Below are positions 45,731 through 60,011 of a DNA stretch of 64,000 bases, piece after piece. The position numbers were made by a program, and so were the translations under genes. This stretch comes from Octopus vulgaris. Its lineage: Eukaryota. Each line of letters begins with the position of its first letter. Positions within the stretch are counted from its first letter, which is position 1. The DNA is taken from contig OX597824.1 of NCBI GenBank assembly GCA_951406725.2, positions 96,596,001-96,660,000 of the forward strand, in the 5' to 3' direction. The notes under the pieces were generated by a model. The model made no database searches and was not told the origin of the DNA. It was given only the letters and a program-made list of their open reading frames with translations.

Positions 45731-46653
45731 TTTTGTTGTTGTTGTTGTGGTTGCTGTTATTTAACTAAAGAAACAAAATGAGGCTCTGCAAACAAGTGTG
45801 AAAGTCATTTTTCTTACAAAGCTTTGACCTGAACGAAAACATAGCTTCCGGTGTCTGCTCCGATCTTTTGCAGCCCTTATGATAAGACGGGTGCCAAACC
45901 CTAAAGCAGCCATCGTTCTCTTGGACGACACCGGTAGTGTGGAGAGGAGAGACCTAACAATGCGGGTGATGGCCTGTCTTCCACAAAAACACCATACAAG
46001 GGCCTTCACATACAGGGGTAGAACCATAATCAGACCTGACCGATGAAAGTTGTACAGGGGTTTATTTACTGTTCGTAATCAGGCGGGGAAGGGTACAACA
46101 CCCAATGATCCAGTAAATGCATTCTCTGATTAGTGAGAGAAGGGACGAGAGAAATAATCCTCGGACGGAACGTAGATGATGTCAGAATGCTTGAAACAAG
46201 ATGGAATCTTCTGAAGGCCTATTAGAATTCAGTATGATTATCGTCCATCCTTCACCTGTTTTGTTTCAAAGCCTGATAATTATTCTCTTGGTTTCTTTTG
46301 CCGAACCGCTAAGTTACGGTGAGCCAAATTTAATCTATAAATCTTTGGTTGACTCGAGGCCCTGCTAGAAGACACTGGCCCCGAACGAGGAAAAGTAAAA
46401 CTAGAAGTCGGTGTCATTTGAACCCAACGCCTAAACAGATGGGGGCTTCTGCTTTCAAATCTCACCGAAGTCAACTTCCTTAAAATACAATACCAGTCAT
46501 GTATTGAGAATCATTTCATTTATTTACTCTTCCCCCCGCCCCGTTCCTCCTCCTCTCCCTTCAAATTTTGCCGTATACCTATATCGAATTCATTATTATT
46601 TGGAGCAAACTGCCGTGAACTCAGGATATAAAGGAATATTACACACACACACA

Positions 46654-46748
<95 letters not shown>

Positions 46749-46770
46749 CGCTCTCGTGTATATTTATTTA

Positions 46771-47370
46771 TACGAGAGTGGTTTCCGAAAGTAATGCAAA
46801 ACAGGGCATAAAATCTGTTTCATTAATTGACAAAAATAGTTCAAATTGCAAAATGTGGGTAGATTAAACTCTTCCTGTATAACAAAAGTCACATTCAAGA
46901 TAATCCTCGTCACACTCGATGCATTTGCGCAATTGTTGAAACCAATCTTCAAATCCCGATGGAAAAAAAAATACAAAGTTCAGCCATGCGCAGTTCTATT
47001 CACAGCCGCCTTCACCTCGTCCGTATGAACAAATCGTTGTCAATAGCAACTGTCCTTCATTGGACAGTTTGAAATCGGAATTGTCCGAACCTGGGCTGTA
47101 CAGTAGATGGACTACGTTGCCCAACCGAATTTACCAATTGCTTGATTTGTTGTCAAAGACTTGTGTGGTTGCACATTGTCATGGTGAATGGGGGTCGTTT
47201 TCAGGTCCTTCATCCTGATCGCTTCTCTAAGCTTTTTTTTTTTTTTTGAGTTCTTCAACGTACCCCTCGCTGTGCAATCAGAAAACTATGTTCCCGCAAA
47301 TTAAGTAGATTCACGCCTTTGTCATCACCAAAGCAGTAACCGTGGCTTTCTATGGTGATCGCTGGCTTTC
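46771..47370. mobile_element. decayed mariner-like fragment
   Basis: TA-CGAGAGTGGTTTCCGAAAGTAATGCA terminus typical of mariner TIRs; no second TIR seen. Confidence 0.4.
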
Positions 47371-48051
47371 AACTTCTGTGTCTTCAAACATGTATGCGCA
47401 AACACAGACACAAATAACAAACACACACATACATATATATATACATATATAACGGGCTTCTTTCAGTTTCCATCTACCAAATCCGCTCACAAGACTTTAG
47501 TCGGCCCGAGGCTATAGCAGAAGACACTTGCCCCAGGTGACACGCAACGGGACTGAACCCGGAACCATGTGGTTGGGAAGCAAGCTTCTTACCACATATA
47601 TACAAAATACATACACGCATACATATAAATACATACATACATACATACATACATACATACATGCATACATACATACATCATACACACACACCATATGTCC
47701 ATAAATAAATTATAATTATAACTTCGACAGTTTGTTGTATCATTGGTAGCGTTCCACCAATGGCGCCCACCGGGAACTGTTCTTATGCTTCTTCTAATCA
47801 AACTTTATTTCTTTGTCCTTTTCCTAATAAACTCTGCTGAGTTTTCTTCATTTTTCATTTTCTTCGGAAATGTTTCAAATTGTAAAGTTTATTTTTGGAC
47901 ACCCTGCATGTATGTATGTATGTATGTATGTATGTATGTATGTATGTATGTATGTATGTATGTATGTATGTATGTATGTATGTATGTACGTACGTATTTA
48001 TGTATGTGTGTATGTATATATAGATATGTATGTATGTGTTCATTCCCCTAT

Positions 48052-48078
48052 CCGACGAAGCTGTACGCTCGAAACGTC
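48052..48078 (+). ncRNA. degenerate hammerhead motif
   Basis: CCGACGAAGCTGTACGCTC-GAAACGTC; resembles 49842 (..GCTCGAAACGTA) with a damaged stem II. Confidence 0.45.
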
Positions 48079-48223
48079 AAATTTTTACTTTTGATTTGTG
48101 TCAAAAAACATTCACTGTGAACGTCATTCTGGCTTTTGTTTGTTTTTGTTTTTGAAGAAGTCATTTGACATCGATTTGTATAAACAAGTACGCGCTCGCA
48201 GTGCATATACAAAAATATCTCTA

Positions 48224-48308
<85 letters not shown>

Positions 48309-48732
48309 TCAAATGCCTTAATGTCCTGGTAGGGAAGGAAGAGTGCCCGATACCGAAAGTAGAGCAGCTGACCGAATTAAATAATGTATATGCATATATT
48401 TATGTACGTGTGTATGTATATATGTATGTATTAATCAATCTATATATTTCCCACACACAACACACACACACACACACAGACACAAACAAGTATTCTGATC
48501 GAAGCGCACTGCTGCATTCATACACAGACAGACTCATACAGACAAACCCAAGTAACGTCCCTCCCCCCCCCCACATACATACATATATACCTTACAAGTA
48601 ATTTATCCACCTGGGTGTGTGCAGATATAATATACATAAGAAGTTTTTTTTTTATATTTTGTAAATTATGACGTATTTATCTGTATGAAAGTGTCAGTTT
48701 CACATGGCTGGTTGCGTGTGTATATGTATGTA

Positions 48733-48854
<122 letters not shown>

Positions 48855-48903
48855 CACATTAATAAATACAATATCTTTGCTTTAATGCACATATGGGTAT
48901 CTA

Positions 48904-48941
<38 letters not shown>

Positions 48942-49239
48942 GTGTATGTGTATGTGTGTGTGTGTGTGTGTTGTGTATGTGTATGTGTGTGTGTGTGTTG
49001 TGTATGTGTGTGTGTATGTGTGTGTGTGTGTTGTGTATGTGTATGTGTGTGTGTGTGTTGTGTATGTGTATGTGTGTGTGTGTGTGTTGTGTATGTGTGT
49101 GTGTATGTGTGTGTGTGTGTTGTGTATGTGTATGTGTGTGTGTGTTGTGTATGTGTATGTGTGCTCCTGATGTTACTGGCATAAAAAACATGAATAAAAT
49201 TAATCAGTAAAATTTTACTATGTGCGCGCGCGTATATAT

Positions 49240-49293
<54 letters not shown>

Positions 49294-49386
49294 GCGCGCA
49301 CTATATACATACGCCCTACGTTATATATGAGTTTGATTGTCAATGTTGTGCGTTGGTCTGTCAAAACATATATATATCCTGGTTCG

Positions 49387-49475
<89 letters not shown>

Positions 49476-49499
49476 TGCGTGTGTGTTTGTGTGTGTATA

Positions 49500-49720
49500 A
49501 ATATTATTCTAAAACAAAACTATTGTTGACAGTGAGGTCAACGTTTCGGCCAGTTAACCCCTTATCAAACTGCCCGATGTCTTGGCATGCCAGATCTTCG
49601 AAGTCACTGTCAACAAAATTGTTGTACAAGAGTGATAAATTAGTACCCGAGAAAAGTATAGGGTAACCAATCATATTAATGAAAATCGTTTTTATTACAA
49701 CTGCATATAAAGCAAATATT
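49500..49720. mobile_element. short fold-back with an HHR-like loop
   Basis: Arms TTGTTGACAGTGA/TCACTGTCAACAA; minus strand TTGATAA-GGGGTTAACTGGCC-GAAACGTT; related copy at 36946-37000 (CCGATGA-TAGCTTAACTGATC-GAAGC..GTCACTGTCAA). Confidence 0.5.
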
Positions 49721-49721
49721 A

Positions 49722-49770
<49 letters not shown>

Positions 49771-49841
49771 TGTATATATATATAAATATATTTATAAATA
49801 AATAAATATGATTTTTTCTCTCCTTGTTTTTTTCTGTGTCC

Positions 49842-49877
49842 CTTTCTGAAGAAGAGCGTAGGCTCGAAACGTAAAAG
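49842..49877 (+). ncRNA. minimal type-I hammerhead ribozyme motif, apparently intact
   Basis: CTTT-CTGAAGA-A-GAGC gtag GCTC-GAA-ACGT-A-AAAG; perfect stems I and II, palindromic stem III, GUA triplet (cleavage after 49873). Confidence 0.85.
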
Positions 49878-49992
49878 ACTTTTTCTATTCCTGAGTGTTA
49901 TACTAATACATTTGTTTGTTTTGTACACCACCTGTCTTCGTCTTTTGTTTTTTTTCGTAAACTCTCCCTATATATATTTATTTTATAGAAGG

Positions 49993-50104
49993 AGCTTCTA
50001 CAGGACTAGAACTGTTTCATTTAAATGAAATCATCAGGAAGCTTCCTGATGATTTCATTTGAATGATTTCATTTGAATGAAACAGTTCTAGTCCTGTAGA
50101 AGCT
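49993..50104. ncRNA. two divergent hammerhead motifs sharing the palindromic centre GAAGCTTC
   Basis: Plus: AGCTTC-CTGATGA(50046-50052)..GAA-ACAG ttctagtc CTGT-A-GAAGCT. The mirror image lies on the minus strand from 50043 to 49993. Stem II is weak and AT-rich. Confidence 0.65.
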
Positions 50105-50186
50105 CCTTCTATAAAATAAATTAATTTACTCTGCTATGTATTGAGTACCTTATTTACTGTGGTTAACCCCGACTCAACCCGGGACC

Positions 50187-50242
<56 letters not shown>

Positions 50243-50914
50243 AAGTATGGGGGATTAGTTTACGGGTGATCTAAACGATTAGGTACGTTAGGTAAGTGCT
50301 GTAATGGATTACTAGGGCTCCAAGATTATAGCTGAGACGGTAGTTATGGAGCCATTGCAGATTTCCGATGCAGCGGATATATAATTGTTAAAGAGGACAG
50401 CAAACATTAAGGCAAAGCAAACATCTCAAGTCGTATACTTCATTATTATTGGAAAAAATTCAAAGTCTTACAGCTGTTTCTGGGATATCCCCGAGTATGT
50501 GATATTCCATCAGCAGAGACAAATAAGGAAAAATAGGGAAAATGAGAATGGTATATATTCATGAGATGACGCCATAGAGGAAGGAAGTAAAGGAATAAGG
50601 AGATGAAGAGAGAAGAAGCATGAAAGTTCATAGTTCAATTTTCCGATGTTGTAGAAATATGTCCATAAGTCTTAGGTGCAATCCTGCGTAGATCCATGTG
50701 GGTTAAAATTCTGATATTGTAAACATCCAGAGAGAAAAAAAATGCGAATATATCAACGTTCAATAACAGAATAGTAGCAGAGGTGGCTATTAAATGGTAA
50801 AAGGAAAGACAAGTAAATAAATAGATGAAAGTAGAGTGAGGGGGTGGTTTAAGGATTGGCTTTAGGATAAAGCAAGGTGTATAAGGATATAGTGTCTAAG
50901 ACTATTCTTATATA

Positions 50915-51409
50915 CAAGGCTGAGTCAAAAGGTAATGCCAATTTGTTTAGGACAGGTATAGTTACCAGCACAGGAACTTGTATCATACATCAAAACGAAG
51001 CTGGTCCTCTGCGGATCACATCCTTACTTCTCAACACAGTCACCGTTTCTCTCAAAAGCAATGTTCCACCTTCGAATGAAAGCATGTATCCCTGCCCTGT
51101 AAAATTCTGTTGGCTGTTCTTTGAGCCATTTCTTCACAACAGTTTTCACTTCCTTGTCACTGGACTATTATCTCTTCGGCCCCATGAAAGAGGGTTTGAG
51201 AGGCAAACATTATTCCAGTGAGGGAGGAAGTGAAAACTGTAGTGAAGAAATGGATCAAAGATCAGTCAGAATTTTATGGGGCAGGGATCCATGCTCTCAT
51301 TCAAAGGTGGAACATTAGACCAGTTTAATTTTGATTTATGATACATGTTCCTGTGTTGGTAATTATACATGTCCTAAACAAAATGGCATTACCTTTTGAA
51401 TCAGCCCTG
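50915..51409 (+). mobile_element. mariner deletion derivative with TIRs and transposase C-terminus
   Basis: TIRs CAAGGCTGAGTCAAAAGGTAATGCCAATTTGTTTAGGAC / GTCCTAAACAAAATGGCATTACCTTTTGAATCAGCCCTG, TA-flanked; internal LDYYLFGPMKEGLRGKHY..EVKTVVKKW. Confidence 0.85.
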
Positions 51410-51542
<133 letters not shown>

Positions 51543-51822
51543 TATATAAACATATATGTGTGTGTGTGTGTGTGTGTGTGAGTGTGTGTATAGTGAAGGT
51601 GCATGGCTTAGTGGTTAGTCCACTCAGCTGGCAAAAATGAGCAGTACCCGTATTTCAAAGGGTCAGCCTTGTCACACTCTGTATCCCGTTGAATCTCCCT
51701 GAAAACTACGTTAAGGGTACATGTGTCTGAGGAGTGCTCAGCCACTTACACGTAAATTTCCCGAGCAAGTTGTTTCGTTGGTTGTATCAGCTGGGACCCT
51801 CGTCGTCGTAACCGTCGGACTG

Positions 51823-51858
<36 letters not shown>

Positions 51859-52003
51859 ATTCAAATAATCCTATCAGGTGGTGCTATTAAGTTAGACATG
51901 GCCTGGACCAATCTTTGGTCGAAACATATCTAAGTTTATCTAAGTTTATGCATATATATAAATATATATATATATACATATGTATATATATGTAAATATA
52001 TAC

Positions 52004-52107
<104 letters not shown>

Positions 52108-52716
52108 GCATCCTTTTTGTCTCGAGAAACAATGGAGTTGCGCATAGAATAATCTAGTCCGGTTTTTACATTTCATGTCCTAATACATTTCCTGCTGTGG
52201 CTGTGTAGTCCTATCCTGGACAAACACTCCCTCTGGCAGGTGCCGCAAATGTAGCGAAGACTTTGCCTGGCTGGTTGTAATGTCACATATATACACATCA
52301 ACGTATATATACATATGTATATCCATATATAATGAGAGTAGGTGGTGAGCGTATTTGTGAGCGCGTGTGTATGTGTGTATGTGAGTATATTTGTTTCTAG
52401 TTGTCGAGTTGTTGATTGTTTCGGTACAATGACCTCTTCAGGACTGATGACGAGAAACCATTGAAGCGAAACAATCTGGATTTTGTCAACTCTGACTGAA
52501 TAAACAGAAAATACTCAGCAGTGAAACTGCATTTGGTGGGGAGGTTCGGCTACCGTTGTTTGACTATTGGATCGAAAACGCATGTGTGTCTGCTTGTCTG
52601 TCTGTCTATATATAATCAATATGTACACACACACACACACACACATACCTACATACATATATACATAATACATACATACACACATACATACATACACACA
52701 CATATATAACATACAT

Positions 52717-52766
<50 letters not shown>

Positions 52767-52774
52767 ATGTATAT

Positions 52775-53272
<498 letters not shown>

Positions 53273-53281
53273 ATATATATA

Positions 53282-53341
<60 letters not shown>

Positions 53342-53879
53342 ATATATGTATTTATTTATATATGCACATATATACACATATTACATACACACACACACAC
53401 ACGCACGCACACACACTCACACTTATATTTAAATGCGTGTCTTGATTTATTCATGGTTTATTGTTCGCATGTTTGCAGCCGGAAGCAGTTAATAAAAACC
53501 CAAACATATTTCATGTCTTACTAATATCCACCAGGTTATATATCCGGCAGAGTAACTTTTCCTATTTTCTTTGTTTTCTAATACAAAGTGCATTCCTCTG
53601 CCAAGGTCGACACAACTTTCGTAGCTTAATAACATCGAAGAGGTTATATGCGCGACACGTCTCTATAGCCATCGTATCTATATTTAGTTTATTTTGTGTA
53701 TCGCACCGTGACACCCCTATTCACCTCCACACCTACCCAGGTGATCTAGTTACTTTTGATTAAATTCCAGCTTGGGACCAGGTAGCATCATCTTTTACTG
53801 TTTATATTTTGTACTGTCTTTACTGTCTTGTTTTTGTTACCATTTTTACCCCTTCGCAAAAAAATCGCCAATTTTATTT

Positions 53880-54182
53880 AATCTGCTTTTGCGGGAAGGA
53901 CTGTTTCAACGAAGTCGTGTCTCGCCTTTACCTTCAAAACGAGGAGTAGATGAAACAGAGGCGACTGAAAAAGGGGGATTTTCCTTGTGTTGTATGTCTT
54001 GTACTCTATTGTTTCGTTGTTTAAGGAAAATGTCCATTTCCTTGGTTTTGTGTTTATGTTTTCGTTTCTCATTGTGTTCGACGTTTTTTTGGTGTCCTGT
54101 ACCCATATATGCATGTATATATACATATAGATGTAGGTACGTACATATATGTATGTATATATGCATATGTTTTATTTATTAA
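53880..54182 (+). repeat. interspersed repeat, 3 copies (also 31780-32022 and 60640-60875, opposite orientation)
   Basis: Shared GAGTAGATGAAAC..GGCGACTGAA..GTTTTCGTTTCTCATTGTGTTCGACG..GTAGGTACGTACATAT. Confidence 0.85.
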
Positions 54183-54604
54183 TTTGTATATATATATACG
54201 ACGGGCTTATTTCAGTTTCAGTCTACCAAATCCACTCACAAGGTCTTAGTTGGCCCAAGCTATAGTAGAAGACACTTGCCCAAGGTGTCTCGTAGTGAGG
54301 CTGAACCCGGAACCATGTGGTTGGTAAGCAAGCTTCTTATCACACAGCCACGCTGCACCTATATATAAGACATTACTCACAATGTCTTACTCCTTTATTT
54401 AAATGATAGCTTTTTACGCCAACAACTTTTTTTGTATGTAGCAACTCTAAGATTGTTGAAATTTTAAATAATTTTATGTTGTAACATACTTTAATCATAT
54501 TTTTGCAGCTCTGTTTTTCCTTGCAGTTGAAGATCAGAACTACAAATCCTCCAGAAAACGCTACTAAATCTCTGAAATTTTAATATATTTTATGTCTTAT
54601 TTAC

Positions 54605-54676
54605 GGGCATATGGCGTAGAGGTTAAGAGCGCGGGCTACTAATCCCAAGATTCCGAGTTCGATTCTAGGCAGTGAT

Positions 54677-54680
<4 letters not shown>
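54605..54680 (+). mobile_element. tRNA-derived SINE head with (AAT)n tail; copies at 5866-5937(-) and 59887-59962(-)
   Basis: A-box TGGCGTAG(A/T)GG, B-box GAGTTCGATTC, anticodon-like arm GGG ctactaa CCC; acceptor stem does not pair. Confidence 0.8.
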
Positions 54681-54738
<58 letters not shown>

Positions 54739-54765
54739 CAACAGCAGGTTCGAAATTCCCCACAA

Positions 54766-54811
54766 GACACCTGATGAAGGCTGGAGGGTATATCAACCGA
54801 AACGTTGTGTT
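54766..54811 (+). ncRNA. minimal type-I hammerhead ribozyme motif (tRNA-head-linked family)
   Basis: GACAC-CTGATGA-A-GGCTG..CAACC-GAA-ACGT-T-GTGTT: stem I GACAC/GTGTT, stem II with one mismatch, palindromic stem III, GUU triplet. Confidence 0.8.
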
Positions 54812-55478
54812 AACAACAAACAAGATGAGGACAAACAAATATGTCAAATGCAAATAATGTAAATAATGTAAATAATGTTGATAATTCCACATGTCTTAAA
54901 TATAGAACTGTATTTTATGTCTTTGCAGACACACGGCGATGGCGTGCGAAGAAGACGGCGGAGGAGGGGTGGGAAGAAAGACGAACGAACTTATCTGACA
55001 GCGCAACACAAAGCCTCTGCTGCAGAAGGACATATATATATGTATATATATATATACATACACATACACGCAAATACACACACACACACAAACACACGTA
55101 TATATATGAACAGACACACACCACACACACGCACACATATATATATATATATATATATGCATATATGTATATATTTATGAGATAAACGGAATAAAAGATG
55201 ATAGACAGATACATATATACATGTGTGTGTGTGTGTGTGTGTGTGAATAGATACAACTGAATAGGGAGAGAAAAAGAGGGAAGGAAAAAAGGGTGCGTTG
55301 TGGGGGTGGGGGTGGGTGTTAAACAGCGATTCCTGTTTTGTCTGTTTTCCACCTAAAAATATTACACACCACCATTTTGCTTTCAGTAACCGACTGATCA
55401 ACACAATTATTACCACCGCCGCCGCCATGACTACTACTACTACTACTACTACCATCACCACCACCACCACCACCACCA

Positions 55479-55523
<45 letters not shown>

Positions 55524-56907
55524 GCAGTACCATCGTAGCCAACTGATAGATCAGCTCTCACCACTGCAGCCGTAACTACTACAGTCTCTATTTTTATAAA
55601 CACTACAACCATCACCAATACTACCGCTGCCATCACAACCACCGTCATCATCATCTTCATTACCATCATTGCCACCACCACCACCAGCATCGCTGTCATC
55701 ACTCGTATCACAACCGCCGTCATCACTGCCACCAAGTACCATCACCACCACCACCACCACCACCACCACCACCTCCTCACCATCTTCGTCGTCACCACTA
55801 CCCCCCACCACTACCATCCACCATCCACCATCCACCACCACTTCTTGTAATCGCCCAACCATCCATTCCTCCTCAGTCCTCCGTCTGCCTCATTGCCCGC
55901 CCACTAGCCTTCCTGTCTGTCTGTCTGTCTGCCACGCCCACTGACACGCCCACAAAAGACTCCGGTGAATGAGGATTTACGGAGAGGCTGGCTGTTATGG
56001 GATTAGACGGGAATGCCAACAGCAATATCATCGCCACCACCACCACCACCACCACCACCACCTTCATCGTCATCATCATCATCATCATCACTACCATCAG
56101 GATCATTATCATCACTGTTGCCATCATCATCATCATCATCATACACAATAACAGCAGTAGTAATAACAAACGTGAGGAACAAGGGAAGGTGGTAGGGTAG
56201 CTGGAGGTTTGATCTCGGAACCCCGCTGTTTGCCTCAAATAGAGTGGAGGGTGGCAACGTGTACACACACGTAAACCAAAGAATTCTTCAACTCCTCCAT
56301 ATCTTTCTCCACTCGAAACTTACAATGAAGGACCGAAGTGGACGGTGTCTGTTCTCAATCCTTCCATCTTTGTCCAGCACACAACATCTTTCGCCACCGG
56401 ACCGCCCTGCTTTGCTAAAGGTGGTGGCGGGTTGACCCGCACGATAGACTCGACTCTTACATAACTCCACAAGTACTAGAACAATGCATGGACGGGTGCA
56501 ATGCGGCTTTAGCACTCTGCGCGCATCTGGCGTGCTTGTAGGGGTTGTCTCGAAGCGGCGCTGCCCCTCGGCATCGCTACCAGATCAGGGATTTCCCTAT
56601 CCTCGCAACAGAGTCGGAATTCTACAAAAGCCATCCATGGCCGGTGCTTTTCGATCTCTGACATTTTCATTATACATATGATAAAAAGAAAATGATTTAA
56701 AATTTTGGTACAAACAGGCGGTAACTCGATCACATCGACCCCAATACTCAACTGGTACTTGTTTAATCGACCCCGAAAGGATGAAAGGTAAAGCTGACCT
56801 CAGCGGAATTTGAACTCAGAACGTATCGGCAGACGAAGTACCGCTAAGCATTTCACCCAGCGTGCTAACGTTTCTGCCAGCACGCCATCTTTAATAATAG
56901 ATAGATA

Positions 56908-57290
56908 GAAATTAGCCAAATGTGGAACCTGAAGACTAAAACAATACCTGTTGTCATAGGTGCCCTGGGAATGATAGCAAAAGGGGATGATTGCTACTTA
57001 GCTCAGATGCCAGGAAACTCCAAAATGGTAGATATTCAAAAGATAGTGCTCATGGGAACTATCCATATCCTACGCAAAATACTTTCTATGTAATCTCAAA
57101 TTTCAAAAACAAACACATAATTTTCTTATGGTTTCTTAAACATTCTCTAGAACAACACTATGTACAAAACCAAATATATGGCATCCTAGTCATAACACCA
57201 ACATGAACTTCTAACTTGTTGTCTCTTAAGGTCTCTGGGTGAGATTTGGAGCCAACTTATACAAATGTAAAGCAACAATCAAACATAAAA
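56908..57290 (+). mobile_element. 3' end of an R4/Dong-like LINE
   Basis: 56908-57093 translates EISQMWNLKTKTIPVVIGALG...IQKIVLMGTIHILRKILSM*; the 3' UTR runs into (AAC/AAT)n, consistent with TAA-repeat targeting by Dong elements. Confidence 0.8.
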
Positions 57291-57312
57291 TAACAACAAC
57301 AACAACAACAAC

Positions 57313-57344
<32 letters not shown>

Positions 57345-58022
57345 TAATAATAATAATAATGATAATACTACTAATAATAAGGCAATGTTGCTTGTGCAAC
57401 TGTCCATATTTTGTGCAGTAGGGACACGTGTAGGTCGTAATAACCATAAAATATGAAATTGTCAAATAAATTTTGAGGATGAAAATGTCTTCATATTCCA
57501 TATCGTTATAACTATTACTAACACCCCCCCACACACACATATAGGGTTTGTTCAAAGCACTCTAGCTACAGTTTTTTTTTTATTGATAATTCTTGTTTGA
57601 CAGAATAGCGGAATTACGGATTACATATTTTTAGCATTCACTTGTGGCTTCTGATTGCAAATCCCTTCCGGATTAATTCCACATTTCACCTGTCAGCTTC
57701 CATTCTGTGATGTCCGATACACAGGACGGTTCTTGGGACTGGTCCAGTAAGATTATAGTTTCAATGTCCGAAGCGGTTGCTAGCTCCCGTCTGGTGAAGA
57801 CAGTGGCCAATTATTGGTGGGTCGTTGGAGACAGTAGCAGAAGGTATCAAGGGGAACATAAAGAAAATCGGAATAAAGTGTCCAGAAGAACTGTTACAAA
57901 AGGCTTGCCTCGTTGGCACGGGCAGAATCATCAGGGGAGTATTAGATAGATGGATAGAACGGATACCGTAGGCTGAAGGTAGCAAGCCCTTTACGCATGC
58001 AAGACTCCAGGAGTTTCAGCAT

Positions 58023-58090
<68 letters not shown>

Positions 58091-58511
58091 TTAGAGTAAT
58101 ATTAGAAGTGGTATATATTTATTTGTCGACCCAGGAAGGTTAAAAGACAAAACTGAGTTGGACGGGATTTGAACTTAGTACGTGGAGTAGTGGAATAAAT
58201 ACTATAAGGGATCCCATTCGACCAGGGTGGTCAAATTTTCTCGACTATTTGCCACGATTTTCTTTGAATTTCGCATAATTTTCTACTTTAGAATTCTTAA
58301 TCTTCAACGATAAGCATTTTATATCTTATTCAATTTTAAAGCTACATTTTATACATAATCTGTGTCTTAAAGGGTAAAAAATAATTAGTCTTTGTGAGAG
58401 ATTTTCCATCAGAAGATTTACAAAACAAACAAAGACAAATAAACAAACAAACAAAAAACAAAGCAAAGACAAAAAACAAAAGCGTTCTTTATATATGTAT
58501 ATATATGTATA

Positions 58512-58624
<113 letters not shown>

Positions 58625-58799
58625 ATTAGTTTAAAGATAGGAACAGCGTGGCTGTGTGGTAAGTAGCTTGCTTTCCAACTACATGGTTCTGGGTTCAGTC
58701 CCACCGCGTGGCACCTTGAACAAGTGTCTTTCACTGTAGCCTCGGGCCGACCAAAGCCTTGAATGTGAATTTGGTAGAAGGAAACTGAAAGAAGCCCGT

Positions 58800-58836
<37 letters not shown>

Positions 58837-58908
58837 ACAATTGATAAAATTAATTAATTATTAATCAATTTCACCAAGTGTTCACTAAGTATTTTACTAA
58901 GCCCTTTT

Positions 58909-58957
<49 letters not shown>

Positions 58958-59199
58958 CTATTAGAGTCTGTCCTCCCACGATCGCTTGACAGCTGATATT
59001 GGTGTGTTTACGTTCCCATGACTTAGCAGTTCGGCAAAGAGACCGATAGAATAAGGACTAGGCTGACAAAGAATAAGTCTTGACGTCGATTGTTCGACTA
59101 AAGGCGGTGCTCCAGCATGACCGCAGTAAAATGACTGAAACAAATAAAAGAATAAAAGAATAAAAGAATTTAACTTCCAGAATTTTCTTGGGTCAATCA

Positions 59200-59625
59200 A
59201 TTGTATTTTGCTTTGGAGAAAGAAAAATGTCCGAAGGAAATTGAAAGCATGGACTTGTTGCAATGTACGAGGGAACGGAATACAGAAGTGGTCAGCGTTG
59301 TTCCTCGCACGGAAATGGTTCTACCAAATCGTATGGCTTCAGGGGCCGACGGGAATCCTACCTCCGAGAAGTATGATGACTAGTTGTCGGATGACCACTG
59401 GTCAGATTTGGGACGCTTCCTGTTACTTGTATGACTCGGGAGCACCAGCTCAGACCGTTTGACCACGTTGCTCCATTTCCCGAGTTAGTCCTTGCTTACT
59501 CTTCATTGAGGATCCCTCTGGATTGACGGCTCGTGTCAATGGTTACAGCAGATGAAGAATTATCTCGCTGAGATGGGGGCTGACAGAGGCTTTGCTTGAC
59601 GGGTCAACCGACAAATGATGAATCT
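59200..59625 (+). mobile_element. RTE-like LINE 3' remnant
   Basis: Broken frames give LRPFDHVAPFP...IEDPSG, resembling the RTE LRxFGHVARxP motif. Confidence 0.5.
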
Positions 59626-59806
59626 TATCCATCGCCACATATTCTGCAGTTACTTGTTATGATTATTTTCATTATATGTTTTTGGTAATTTCTGGTGGGG
59701 AGGCTTTGGTCTTGTGCTGCAATTAAAAATCCTTCAGTCTCTGCTTTGAGTCCTAAGCTTCTCAACCATTGCTGGGATTTTTTCTGTCTATTTCTTTTGC
59801 ATTTAG

Positions 59807-59891
<85 letters not shown>

Positions 59892-60011
59892 TTACTGCTT
59901 GGAATCGAACTCGGAAACTTGGGGTTAGTAGCCCGCGCTCTTAACCACTACGCCATATGCCCGAAAAAAAAGTGCCTTATGAATAAGAACCCAGGTTCGA
60001 CATTTCTTCAA

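Noticed and set aside
48900-49165. Regularly spaced repeats as a CRISPR-like array
   Set aside because: Eukaryotic (TG)n-derived minisatellite without unique spacers.
53945-53990. GAAAC..CTGAAGA in the three-copy repeat as a permuted hammerhead
   Set aside because: No NUH triplet or stem I could be built.
54605-54680. Functional tRNA gene
   Set aside because: Acceptor stem does not pair, there is an AAT tail, and three diverged copies exist; it is a SINE head.
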